NCBI RefSeq assembly: GCF_020745735.1
Contig: NC_083437.1
Location: 34,782,001-34,846,000, forward strand
Length of the DNA stretch: 64,000 nt
Reading direction: 5' to 3'
DNA from: Hemiscyllium ocellatum
Lineage: Eukaryota
Shown: positions 51,201-63,307 of the stretch, in pieces
Numbering within the stretch: position 1 is the first letter of the stretch
Layout of the letters: every line of letters begins with the position of its first letter
Made by a program: the position numbers and the translations under genes
The notes under the pieces: generated by a model
What the model was told of the DNA's origin: nothing
What the model saw: the letters and a program-made list of their open reading frames with translations, nothing else
The model's database searches: none

Positions 51201-52960
51201 TGAACTTATTTTGAATAAAGAGGACTCTGGGGAAGTATGATAGTGGTGTACAACATAATGAATAATAAGATGGAAGTAAGCTAGATATTTAATTTGAATT
51301 AGGAAGCCTAGGTACAAAATTCATGAAGATAGTGATTAAATAGGGACTGAGTTGGATGATCAGCCATGATCATGTTGAATGGTGGGGCAGGCTGAAATGG
51401 CTGAATGGCCCACCCTGCTCCTATTTCTATGTTTCTATATTACTTGATGTTTTAATGTCAGTTAATATTACATTAAATTAGTTTTCACAGATGACATTGG
51501 GGGTGTTACTGTATAGTTGACTTAAAGAATATAAAGAGGTTTTGTTAAAGTCCCAGTTGGGGACATTTAGGAGTTGGGCACAAAAGTCACTTCCCAGTTC
51601 CATCCAGCCCCTGGCCATTTTCCCAGTGGTATGAAGGGAGTGGGAGGGTAATGGCAGGGCTAGCCATCCACAAGCATTGGAGACCAGATTTGTTCAGTTA
51701 TTGGTTTGTGAAAGCCTATTGAACATCGACTGGAATGTTCAGTCCTTTGTTAGGCGCCCAGAGTTGGCTCCAGTTGTTTTAATGGGAGCTCAACCCTCCA
51801 GGCAGGTTTAGAAGCCCCCTCGACAATGGCGGGCCAGTGAATGAGGCTGTTTTTCAATTTAAACATTAAAACAAAGGATAGGTGGCTGTCTCCACCTTGG
51901 GGTAATCGCTCTGATTTACTCAGAATTTACTTTGATTGAAGTGAAGGAAGTCCAGAAAGATTGTGGCAAGGTGAATGTGGAAAGGATGATTCCATTTTAG
52001 GTGCGTCCAAGACTATGGAGTACTGTTTCAAAGTTTGGGAGTACCTTTGTTGGCCAGCAATAAAGAGAATTTTTTTTGTGCGACTTTGGATCTCTCTGAA
52101 TCAGAAAGCAATGGAGATGGTTATTAAATATTTTAAGGTGGAAGTAGATAGTTTCTGATGAGGCAAGGAATCTAATGTGGAATTTGAAAGGCGAGCCCAT
52201 TGGCCGTGATCTTATTGAATAGCAGGGCAAGCTCAAGGGCCAAATGGTCCAATTTCTTAGGTTTGTAAGGAAATATCTCTCACTGTGTCTCTCAATCTGG
52301 AGGAGCTTCCTATTATCCTTCCAGCATTACTGATTACAGATTAGTGTTTTGCACATAGTGCAGACTTCTGATCCTCCTTATGAGCCTGATGGCAGGGTTC
52401 AGAAGCCTGTGGCAAGGTCCTATCTATCAAAAGATACTTGAAATGATGAAACGCAATGATGAAGCCCATTTGCCCATTTTTTCAAGTGCCAGGAATTTTC
52501 TAAATTCCAAAATTCCTAGTCTAATTATCGCAAACTTGATAAATCTCATTCTACAACATTCTAAAATATAGAATTTACATACATGGAACTCAGAGATTCC
52601 CACACTTTCCACATGAAGTTGAATTGAATTTGAATTAGCATTTGTCACATGTCCTCACATGACTGCAGTGAAAAGTTTACAAGTCATCACTTACAAGTCA
52701 TATCTTAGGTACCTAGGTATAGATTCTTAAGTACAAATTCTTAGGGAAAATTAGTAGAAAAATAAAATAAATAAAAAGTCCAGCAATAATTTAGAAAAAT
52801 TGAGAAATAAGAGTTCAAAATAACAGTCCTTCCAAACTTGCAGGTCTCCTAACCAGCAGGAGCTGAACAGATTGAAGTCTGTCATGAAGAGGTTTATTGG
52901 TAAAATTGCTCACCAAGTGTCTTCCATTGATCCCTAATTTCTCATATCTGCTTTGCACAG

Positions 52961-53097
52961 GTCCAAAATCTTTCAACATGATGTCCCCTACAAGTGATAA
53001 CTCTGAGTTACTGGCTGAGATCAAAGCTGGGAAAAATCTGAAGCCAACCACACAGAGTAAAGGATGTACCGTGGTCTTTGCAAGTTCTGGGGCAATA
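52961..53097 (+). CDS. espn: Espin WH2 (actin-monomer-binding) exon ([45 protein letters not shown]), phase 1-0
   Basis: ctttgcacAG acceptor ending at 52960 and ATA|GTAAGT donor at 53098. Near-identical to espin [28 protein letters not shown]. Confidence 0.96.
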
Positions 53098-53210
53098 GTA
53101 AGTACTCAGTATATCGGAGATGAAGGATTTTATGTTGACAATGCAGACCTGAAATGTGAGCAAATCAACACTTCTTCAAATGTTTCTTTACTTTATTTGC
53201 TCCATGACAG

Positions 53211-53408
53211 CCTGAATATGCAAAGCGCCAGGTGGGCAGCCCAACTGAACCAGCTGTAAATGGCATGGCAACGTCACAGACGATGGATGTTGAGTCTCTC
53301 ATACCAACTCACGATGAGCAGGGAACCCCAATCCCAGAGTGGAAGAGGCAGGTGATGGCACGAAAACTGCAGGTCAAGATCCAGGAAGAGGAAGAGCAGA
53401 AACGTCGA
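53211..53408 (+). CDS. espn: Espin exon leading into the actin-bundling module (PEY...[41 protein letters not shown]), phase 0-0, 198 nt
   Basis: Pyrimidine tract plus CAG ending at 53210, and CGA|GTGAGT donor at 53409. Matches espin [27 protein letters not shown]. Confidence 0.96.
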
Positions 53409-55029
53409 GTGAGTTTTTAAAAATAAACCCTGCTCCTCTGTATCTAAATCACTTGTGCCCTCTTCGCTGTGTTTTTTGATCAACTTCAAGATTTCTGAAG
53501 CTATAATTTCATCAAAGTTTATGCACCAAATCATGGCTGAATAAAGAAAAATCTGAGAGAATGAAAAGCTTAGTTAAGAGGGCTAGTATGATTGAAGTGA
53601 AATTTCTCACTGTTATGCCAAGCAAAGTTACAAAAATATCAAATAAGTCTTGATGCTAAGTATGCAGTTAAATACATGGAGGTTACAATGTTAAAAAAGG
53701 CCATTTGACCCAATAACTTTGAGTCAGTGTTTACCCACCATCCCAAGAAATAGTTCTAATCACATTCACTCCCTATCTTTTCCCTTATCTCCTTCAACCA
53801 CTTCATCCACCCATTCAATCTAATCTTGAACCTTGTTACAGTTTCTTTCTACACCTGTAACCCTGGAAGGAATTACCATGGTTTTGTAGATCTCTGTGTG
53901 AAGAAAGTTTACCTTCTGCCTGAGACCAGGCAACATATTGGAATACTCTGCCAGAAAGGAAATGGGGAACAGATTCAGTCGTATTTTTCAAAAGGGAATT
54001 GAATATATCTATGAAGGGCAAATTGTAGAATAATGGGGAAAGAGTGGGATAATTGGATAGTGCTTTCAAAAAGCATGAACACAATGGGGTACATGACAAT
54101 CTTCTGTGCTGTCTAATTCATTGACTCAAAGAATGACCTAGTTTGTATCCAGATGGGATAACTTCCCTCTGCTAGCTGTTAAGTCTTTCCCAATTGCTTT
54201 TTTAGAGTGATTGGAACAGAAGTCCACACTCAGTGAACTGGCTCGAGGATTGAATTCCTATACTCATCTACTCATATACAAGTTTGTAAATTCGTATATG
54301 AGTATACTGTTCCTATACTTATGTTTGGAATTGTTTTTTGGTCTCTGTTTTGCATTATGAATGCAATTTTTCATTCCCGAGACCTTTTCATAAGCTCCTC
54401 TCTCTCTCTCAAACATTGTTCTTAACTTACGAAAGGTAACTTCAAGTTTCCTTCATTTCAAGAACCTTTGCATTTTGTTTGTGCACATGAAAATATCAAT
54501 TTGAAGAAATATGGATCGTAACCAACTAACAATTGGTTACTGTTAGTTGGTCAGGCATTGAGATGGCAGTGCTCAACTTCGTACTTGATTGAAAACTTGG
54601 TGATAAGCCAAAACTTTCTGCAAGCATTTCAATATTCAGTGTTACCATTTCTCATTGAACTGAATTGAATCAGAGAATGAGTATGGCAAAGACAAGTCCA
54701 CTCTGCTTGTTCAGCCCATGTTGACTCTCTGCCAGAGCAACATCATTGGTCCTACTCATTTAGGAATGAATCAAACCAAGTGCAGTTCTGAAGACTCTTC
54801 TGTGGAAGTTAGATACAAGGGGATTCTCGTCTTCTGCTCTCTGGTTATCCCTGCTCACAATATCTCATGAACAAGACTGGCAGAGTTGGATCTCTTAAGT
54901 TTAGATACTTGTTTTTGCCTGCATTGCCAAAAACCAATAATTCATTAATTATTACTCCTATTGGTGGCATTGTTTGCGTTAATGCATTAACCAGATAAGC
55001 TCCGCAGTAAATCCCTAACAGTAAGTTTC

Positions 55030-55169
55030 GCATCTTCGTTCCTGATGAAGAACTTATGCTCGAAATGTCGACGCTCCTGCGCCTCGGATGCTGCCTGACT
55101 GCCTGTGCTTTTCCAGCGCTACACAATTTGACTCTGATCTCCAGCATCTGCAGTCCTCTCTTTCGCCTC
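55030..55169 (+). mobile_element. Short Penelope-derived element with hammerhead core
   Basis: CTGATGA-A-GAACTTATGCTC-GAAA-TGTC at 55042-55069, followed by the family tail ending cagcatctgcagtcctc. Confidence 0.75.
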
Positions 55170-55892
55170 CCTGCTGTAACCTGAAGCCAGGTCTTGTGTA
55201 TAATTTTCTCAAATTACCTTGCACACTTACAATTCACATTTGAGCTTGGTCCAGAACTGTACAAAATCCATTCAGAATAATCTGGGCCACGTCAGCTCTG
55301 CCTACTTTCTTTAACTGCCAAATGACATTCACTGGTTTCATTCTGGATCCAAGTTGGTCATTTTATTGACAGCAAGGCTCTAGGCTAATCTGATTGGCAA
55401 CTGGAGCAGATTGAGGCCTTTATTATTTTGGATAGTTTTGGTGCTTCTCTGTACTAGATCTATGTTATTATCTCTGACGAGATGTGGTCCTGAATTGCAA
55501 TTTTGCAGAATTCTGCTGAAATTTCAACCATTCTGTGCCAAGCTTACTGTCAGGGATTTACTGCTGAACTTATTTGGTTAATGCATGAATTCAAACAATG
55601 CCACCAATGGGAACAATAACCAATGGATTGTTGACTTTTGCTCTAGTGCCTCACTGTCAGAGTCACTTACATCTACACTCCCCTTCCACTTCTGTTATGA
55701 TGTGGATCAACCGTTTTCTCATTCTGAAGACCATTCCATCTAAATAGACCTTTAGAACTTGAAGATCGAGGTTGGCTTATGCTGTTGGTACTGAGGTGTA
55801 TTGCACATCTTGATTACACAACATCAGAAGAGGTTGCAGCTTCCAGAACTCCAGGATTGTAAAGGCAGTACTATTTCAGTGCAAACCATCAG

Positions 55893-56564
55893 CGTTGAGA
55901 GTGTGGTGCTGGAAAAGCACAGCGGGTCAGGCAGCATTCGAGGAGCAGGAGAATCAACGTTTCGGGCATAAGCCCTTCATCAGGAATGAGGCTTGTGGGC
56001 CAAGGGGGGCTGAGAGAGAAATGGGAGGGGGGTGGCCTGGGGAGGAGGTAGCTGAGAACGCGATAGGTAGACGAAGATGGGGAGAAGGTGATAGGTGGAA
56101 GAGGAGGGGGTAGCTGATAGATAGGAAGGATGATGGACAGGTCAAAAGGACAGTGTCAAGTTGGAAGGTTGAAACTGGGATAAGGTAGGGGGAGGCGAAA
56201 TGGGGAAACTGGTGAAATCCACATTAATCCCATGTAGTTGCAATATCCCAAGGTGGAAGGTCAGGCATTCTTCCTCCAGACATTGAGTGGTTAGGGTTTG
56301 GCAATGGAGGAGGCCAAGCACCTGTATGTTTTTGGTTGAGTGGGAGGGGCAGTTAAAGTGTTCAGCAATGGGGTGGTGGGATTGGTTGTTGCGGGTGTCT
56401 GAGAGATGCTCTCTTGACGTCCTGTCTCTCCAGTGTAGAGGAGACCACATTGGGTGCAACAGATGCAGTAGGTGACATTTGTAGAGGTACAGGCAGATTT
56501 CTGTTGGATGTGGAAGGATCTTTTGGGGCTTTGGATGGAGGTGAAGGGGAAGGTGTGGGTGCTT
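55893..56564 (-). mobile_element. 5'-truncated Penelope-like element: GIY-YIG endonuclease remnant plus hammerhead-containing terminal region
   Basis: Minus-strand frames encode STNVTYCICCTQCGLLYTGETGR and HPIAEHFNCPSH. Hammerhead core CTGATGA-A-GGGCTTATGCCC-GAAA-CGTT at 55983-55956. 13-bp TSD tgcaaaccatcag at 55880-55892 and 56565-56577. Confidence 0.88.
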
Positions 56565-56950
56565 TGCAAACCATCAGAAGTCAGTTGCATACAAATTTCC
56601 TTACGAAAAATGTTGCTACCTCAGTTGTATGCTGGATACAGGGGATTGGTTAGCTCATTTGGGAAATTGCGATGCAGAATGATACCGGCAGCCCAATTCC
56701 TGTACCAGCTGAGGTTAGCACAAAGATCCTGCCTTCTCACCTCGCCTGAGGTACGGTGACCTTCAGGTTCAACTCACCACTGGTTGTCTCTAAATGACAG
56801 ATCACCCATAGTCCTCTGGGACTGTGGTGACCATACCTTTATACAACTGGCTCCACAAACCTTCCAGAAAATGATGTTCCAATGTCCTTTGTACCAGCGA
56901 TTGATCTCTGGGTTTGACCAAAATTTAGCCATCCTTAACAATCTTTATAT

Positions 56951-57115
56951 AAAACAAAGTGATGCAGGTACTGGAAAGCTGAAACAAAAACAAATTTCTG
57001 GAGAAGCTCAGCAGGTCTGGGAGCATCTGTGGCGAGAAAGCAGAACTAACATTTTGGGTTGTTTTTGTTTGGGTTGTCTCAGATTTCCAAGTATCCAGAA
57101 TTTATTTTGTTTTTC
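56951..57115. mobile_element. Degenerate palindromic Penelope-derived element (18505/45190 family)
   Basis: Contains the ctggagaagctcagcaggtctgggagcatctgtgg arm with an inverted terminal copy. Confidence 0.6.
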
Positions 57116-59190
57116 ATTGAATATTATTATTATTGGGATAAATGCACCAAAATATTTGAGAGATATAATCTGTTCTTACATCATAACACACTATATATTC
57201 TTATAAAATATATATACTTTGCGATCAGCCTATAAAATCTCAACGAGGTGCTGATAACCATGGCTCACTAATGTCTTTTGGGGAAGGAAACTGTCCTCCT
57301 TACCTGGTATAGCCTACATGTGATTCAAGACCCACAACACTGTGCTTGACTCTTAACTGCCCCCTGACATGGGGGAGGACACTCTGTTCAAGGGCAATTC
57401 AACATGGCAACAAATGGTCTTTCCACTGATACCTACAACCCATAAAAGAATAAGAAGAAATGAACATTAGTAGACTGTATGGCTATCTGCTGAGAGTTTA
57501 TTTGATGAAACTTGCTTGGCATAGCTAGTGTGGATTGGATTGCTGTGCAGAGTGTAACATTTCATTGAGTCGGTGTTTTGAATTTAAACTTTACAAATTA
57601 CAAACATTAAGATGAGCTTGAATGCATTGACCACCAGTTTTAAATTAATGGCATTTAACTTCCTCAAAATATATTCTGCACCCATCCTCATACATCAATG
57701 CAAAAATATATCTGAAACTCCATTGTGCTGTTTAGGAAGTATCACATAAGAGATTAACATAAAATCAAAATTTAAAGATTATTCAAACAGTGCAAGATCC
57801 TCAGATATTAAAGCTACTACTCATTTATCAAATAATAAACTTTATTTCAGTCTTAGAAGTATAAGGAAAAATCTTGACCTTTCATACCAGATGCGAGTAC
57901 AAGGTTTCATTTTATTTTCCACTATTTTACCTTACTGAGAGACATTTTGTGCTTTAATGGCCCAGGACTTTTTCAGCACATCCCAGGAATTGTTACCCAT
58001 GAAAAATGGTAACAGCACTCAGGCTGATCAGCAAGTTAACACAAGGAACACCAGATGGATTTTCATGCAGATAAATGTGAGGTAATGCATATGGGAACAG
58101 AGTAGGCAAGCACGTATATGATCAAAGGGTATCAATTAGTAAAGGCACACAGCAAATAGAATTGAATGTGATTATGTAGGACATTCCAATCTCAATTTGA
58201 AACTGTTACCAATGAGTCTCATTGAGGACTGCAGTTCCTATCAGCGGTTTTGAATTCTAAAGTAAATTAATTTATTTTAGGGTTGCATAAATCAGTGATG
58301 AATTACTTTTTGACATTTTTGTGGTTTTGATTAAGAATAATTCCAGGCCTGGGCTCCAAATTTTGAATTGAGACTTTTGAAGTGGACTTGGAAACATGGG
58401 GAATGCATCTACCAACTATTTGAAAGACAGGGTGATGGAGATGAAGGGAATGAAAGCAGTCTATTTGATTTGGATTCTAGCATAGGAGACAGAGTAAGGA
58501 TAAATGATTTGGATTATGGAATGAAATGCAATGTTTCCAGGGATCTGTATTGATACTTCAGTTTCTCTTTATTAAGGTACACAAAATGTAAATGACTGGT
58601 TTGGCCTCAGCTGAAGTATTGTGTCCAGTTCTGAGTGTTACACATTAGGAAGAGTGAAGGCCTAGAAGATGAAGGAAATGATTCTTCCCCAGAAAAGCAC
58701 GGGGAATGAGTGACTTCAGTGACGTGGAGAGATGAGAGGAGCTGGTATTTTTGGAACAGAGAAAATTGAGGGGAGTTTTAATATGGCAGGATTTGATGGT
58801 GACTCAGTGATTTCACTGAATCATAGAATTATAAAATCTCAGCAGTGTGGAAACAGGCCCTTCGGCCCAACAAATCCACACTGACCCTCCAAAAAGTAAC
58901 CCACCCAGACCCATTCCACCTCCCCTGACAGGTGGATCAGTACCCCAAGGACATATATTTCAGATAACCAATAAATAATCCAGTAGAGGCTGGGGGTAAA
59001 TTAGATTATTTTAAAGACAATGGGTTATTGTAATCTCCAATGTACCAAATGAAAGAAGAATCAAGTGCAACTTTCAAAAGGAGATTGAAGAAGTACTTGA
59101 AAAATGAGGAATTTGCCACGTTATATGGATAGAGTAGACATTGGAATGAAGTGGGCAACTTTTTAAAAGAACAGGCAAAAACAATGGACA

Positions 59191-59498
59191 GGGGTGGCAT
59201 GGTGGCTCAGTGGTTAGCACTGCTGTCTCACAGTGCCAGGGACCCGGGTTCAACTCCAGCCTCGGGCAACTGTCTGTGTAGAATTTGCATATTCTCCCCG
59301 TGTCTGCGTGGGTTTCCTCTGGGTGCTCCAGTTTCCCCCCACAGTCCAAAGATGTGCGGGTCAGGTGAATTGGCCATGCATTAGTCAGGGATAAATGTAG
59401 GGGAATGGGACTGGGTGTGTTGCTCTTCAGAGGGTCGGTGTGGACTTGTTGGGCCAAAGGGCCTGTTTTCTCACTGTAGGGAATCTAATCTAATCTAA
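59191..59498 (+). mobile_element. HE1-like V-SINE
   Basis: Head, V-domain and aatctaatctaatcta tail. Confidence 0.87.
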
Positions 59499-59706
59499 GA
59501 ACAATCCCCTTCTGTGTTTTAGGAATCTGTGATTCAATGACTTGAATGGGAAAAAATGGAAAGAGAGGGCTTCATTTCTAAATGAGCTGATGACAGTAAA
59601 TTAGCAAGCATAGTAAGCTGTGTAGCTGAGAGTAGCAGGTAGTAAAATTGGATTCAGTGTGAATGTACAACATCCCAAATGGTTTGGATGGTATACTTCA
59701 GTTGTA

Positions 59707-59891
59707 TGGAGTTAATGAGGACTGCAGATGCTGGAATGTCAAGAGTCGATAAAGTGTGGAGCTGAAAAAGCACACCAGGTCAAGCAGCATCAGAGGACCA
59801 GACAAGTTGCTGTTTCAGGTAAGAGCCTTTCATCAGAATCCCCTGATGCTGCATGACTTTCTGTGGTTTTTCCAGGTCCACACTTTATTGA
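59707..59891. mobile_element. Partly palindromic Penelope-derived element nested in a CR1 fragment
   Basis: Family terminus gaggactgcagatgctgg and inverted arms. 13-bp TSD t(a/t)cttcagttgta at 59694 and 59892. Confidence 0.72.
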
Positions 59892-60072
59892 TTCTTCAGT
59901 TGTACAAAACCTGGGGCAGGCCTGACCTGGAACACTGTGTTCAGTCTTAGGCACCTCCACTTCTGGTGAAAATTTAGCCTGAAAGGGCGTTTGGTGCAAA
60001 TTAAACCAGACTATCACCAAGACTTGAAGGGGGTGCATTTAGAGAACAAACTGCATAAACTTGGCTCACATT

Positions 60073-60166
60073 CCTGATGAAGGGCTTATGCCAAAACGTT
60101 GATTCTCCTGCTCCTCAGATGCTGCCTGACCGGCTGTGCTTTTCCAGCACCACACTCTCAACTCCC
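60073..60166 (+). mobile_element. Short Penelope-derived element (damaged hammerhead)
   Basis: CTGATGA-A-GGGCTTATGCC-AAAA-CGTT at 60074, flanked by the direct repeat gctcacatt (60064, 60167). Confidence 0.75.
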
Positions 60167-61317
60167 GCTCACATTTCGTCAAGGTTGGAAGATTGAGGAA
60201 TGAACAAATTAACTTGCTTAAGATTATGAAATGTTTCATTAGTGTAGATTCAGAGAAGGTATTTTCTCTGATGGAGAAAATTCAGATCAAGAGAACATAC
60301 TTGCAGTTACAACTAGGCTATTTAGGAGTAAAATTATGGAGAACTGTCTCACACAGAGAGTAATTGACTTTTATCAGTCAGGATACTAAGATGTATAGAT
60401 CATATGTGGATATATCTATCCCCATTTATGGAAATATATGGACAAGTCATTGAAGTTAACCAGCCACAATATTGAATGATAAAATGAACTTGAATGGCTG
60501 CAAGTCCAACCATTATTCCTAAATTTATAAACATTTGGTTGGAAAATAGATGAGACGTTTTAAGAAAAGCTTCAAACTGAAATAGCTAAGTACCCTACAA
60601 AATAAAACAGACATCATACGTCCATGGGACATGAGAACATACATGGTAGGATAGATCATTTGGTTCCTTGAGCTTGCTCAGCCATTCAATACGTTCATGG
60701 CTGATCTGGATAACAGATCAAGGTTGAAAAATGGAGATTGGCAACAAAAAAAGTATTTTGGATGTCCGCTTCATTATCTTTGGAGACAAGGAGCTATTCA
60801 TTTGCAACCTTCCATGAATAGACTAAACAGGCAGAGTGCAATTTACCCTCGGAGTCTGGGGAAAGAAGCCAATGTGATGAGTCAAACAGTTGTTTTATTC
60901 TTTGGCCTGGGTTCAAACACAGAAATTCTCCAAGCCACCTCTGACAATTTTGACCAAAGAGCTACAGAAACCTGAAAAAGCCACCAAACGTTTAGCAGAC
61001 AAGTGACAGAACTTGTACAGAAATATTCCCTGTGTTCTAATGCTTAATATTTAACAATTCCATTCACTACTTCAAAAAGGCCATTGAGAGGTGTAACAAA
61101 GTCGAGGGGCCCTCGAGCCTACTTGCACACCCCAGAATTTGTGGTTCATGGAGAAGTTCAGTATGAGAGGTGATCAGACTTCTGTCCATCTGTCAACAGA
61201 TTTAAAGTCTTTATTTTTATTGATGTACAGTTGATCATTTCTCTGAATTTGCACAGATACCAAGTGTTTTATACAATGGCTGGGTGGCCATGGATGTCTT
61301 TTGGAAACTAATACAAA

Positions 61318-61660
61318 GGGTCCCTGGGAATATGTTAACATTGGCAGCGTGCCCTGGAGAGTGTGATAATGTTAATGGCATCCCAAAGAATGTTTTAACA
61401 TTTGCAGTGGGCTCTGGGGCCTGGGTTGTAGTATTTACAGGGAGTCATTTGAAATCTGACAACATTTGTAAGGGGTCTATATGAGTGTATTCACTTTTTC
61501 AGGGGGTTCCTGGGTGTGCAGTAGCCTTTGCGTGAGCTTCTTTGTGTTAGACATAGCAGAAATCCCTGGGAGTGTGTTAATAATGACAGGAGTCCTGGGG
61601 AGTGTGTTAATATTTGCAAGGTATTCCCAAACAACATAACAATATTTGCAGGGTGTCCTC
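61318..61660. repeat. Degenerate ~30-bp minisatellite, about 11 units
   Basis: Approximate consensus gggtccctgggagtgtgttaacatttgca, recurring near 61318, 61348, 61378, 61408, 61441, 61472, 61502, 61559, 61589 and 61619. Confidence 0.7.
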
Positions 61661-62738
61661 ATTTTGAAGAGTTTAGAACTCTAGAGCTGCACTAGGCAAA
61701 GACTGTAACTTAGCCCTTATTGGTTACTACTGCTTGGTATAATGGTAAAAATGTTTAGCTTGGCAGCAGCTGCATTTACTGTACAGTGTGAACACACATT
61801 GTGACAGAAAGAGGTCAGATTTCCTCTGGATGAAACAATGTTGTGCATCCTTGCATGTTCACCCCAGCTCACATGAGCTGAATATGAGCGTTACTACATT
61901 CTGCATAGATTTGATCAACAGATGGAGAAGTCAGATTGAAGACCAAGTTACTGCCAGAAGGAATTCTGTCAGAACAGAAAGAGAGGATCTCTTTCATTTG
62001 GAAGCTAAGTGCCCCTTCAGGAACCTAAAAAAAATGTGATCCACCCTGATGGGCAGACAGGTTCTGGATGATGGTGGCTATTTCAGATAAACAAGACAGT
62101 GTGTGAGAAAACAGACTGATCCAGGTTGAAAACAACAGCCTTGGGAACTCGCTTAGATCAGTGCCAAATTAAAAGCTGTGCTCAGTAAACACCAGCGCAC
62201 GTTTGGTCACCGTGATGGGGCCAGTTGTTTTTGCTTAGTTAAATTAATAATACCACCTGGGGTGTGTTTACGTGGAAAAATCCTCTAGCAACAGAAACAA
62301 AAACAGGGTGCTCAGTCAGTACAACAACAACTTGCATTCATGTAGCACCTTTAAATGGCCCTAGCCTTTGATAACCTTTTCGTACTTTTCGACAAGATGT
62401 AACGCAGTGTTTGAAGTTACTGTCAAGTTTGCAACTGTGTTCAGTCACCTACTGTGATGTAGAGTGTGAATATTGTGAGAAACAGCTGCAAACCAGATCA
62501 TATAATAATTAAAGTGGTCATTTATCTTGGTGAATAAATTAGAGTTTGAAGTTTAAATAAAATTTTTCTTCTGCTCTTTAATGTTACTGTGTACATTTAT
62601 TCCATTTTGTTTATTGGCTTCAATTTTCTTAGTTTATTTGTTTTTTTCTATCAAACCTCTTCTGAAAATGAGCATTCAGTCTGAAGAATAGTCAGTAATC
62701 ACTGGCTCAATGTGCTGGTTTTCCATTTGTGCACCTAT

Positions 62739-63035
62739 ATGGTGGCTCAGTGGTTAGCACTGCACCCTCACAGCTCCAGGACCGGGGTTCAATTCCCGCC
62801 TTGGGCGACTGTCTTTGTGGAGCTTGCACATTCTCCCCGTGTCTGCGTGGGTTTCCTCCTCCGAAGATGTGCATGCTAGTTGCATTGGCCATGCTAAATT
62901 GCCCATAGTGTTAGGTGCATTAGTCAGGGGTAAATGTAGGTAGGGGAATGGGTCTAGTTGGGTTACTTTCTGGAGGGCCGTGTGGACTTGTTGGGCCAAA
63001 TGGCCTGTTACCACACTGTAGGGAATCTAATCTAA
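62739..63035 (+). mobile_element. HE1-like V-SINE
   Basis: Head, partially deleted V-domain and aatctaatctaat tail. Confidence 0.85.
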
Positions 63036-63307
63036 TACTGTCACAGTGAATGCTATCAGCATCTCATACTTTTGCAGCAGGTACTGTGTGATCGGCTCTC
63101 CTGCTCACATTCTAGAAGGGATTGTTGGAAAGTAGTAAGGAGCAAACAATATGTCAGATGTACAGAAGCTGATGTAGAGTGCTTACTGCCACTACTATAA
63201 TATAGAGCAACTAATGTAGCACAGGTCAGTGTTAATGTCTGGTCTGTATGTGACTGGCTTTCATAAGGTCAATTGAGTCATCTTGGTGATCCTACTATAT
63301 TTAACAC

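Noticed and set aside
61318-61660. CRISPR-like regular spacing
   Set aside because: The units are degenerate tandem copies without unique spacers, in a vertebrate intron with no cas genes.
61788-62039. Charged ORF considered as the next espin exon (EEEARLASMPAWRRDLL-like)
   Set aside because: No PAWRR or KKLEEE motif. The remaining espin exons probably lie beyond the window.
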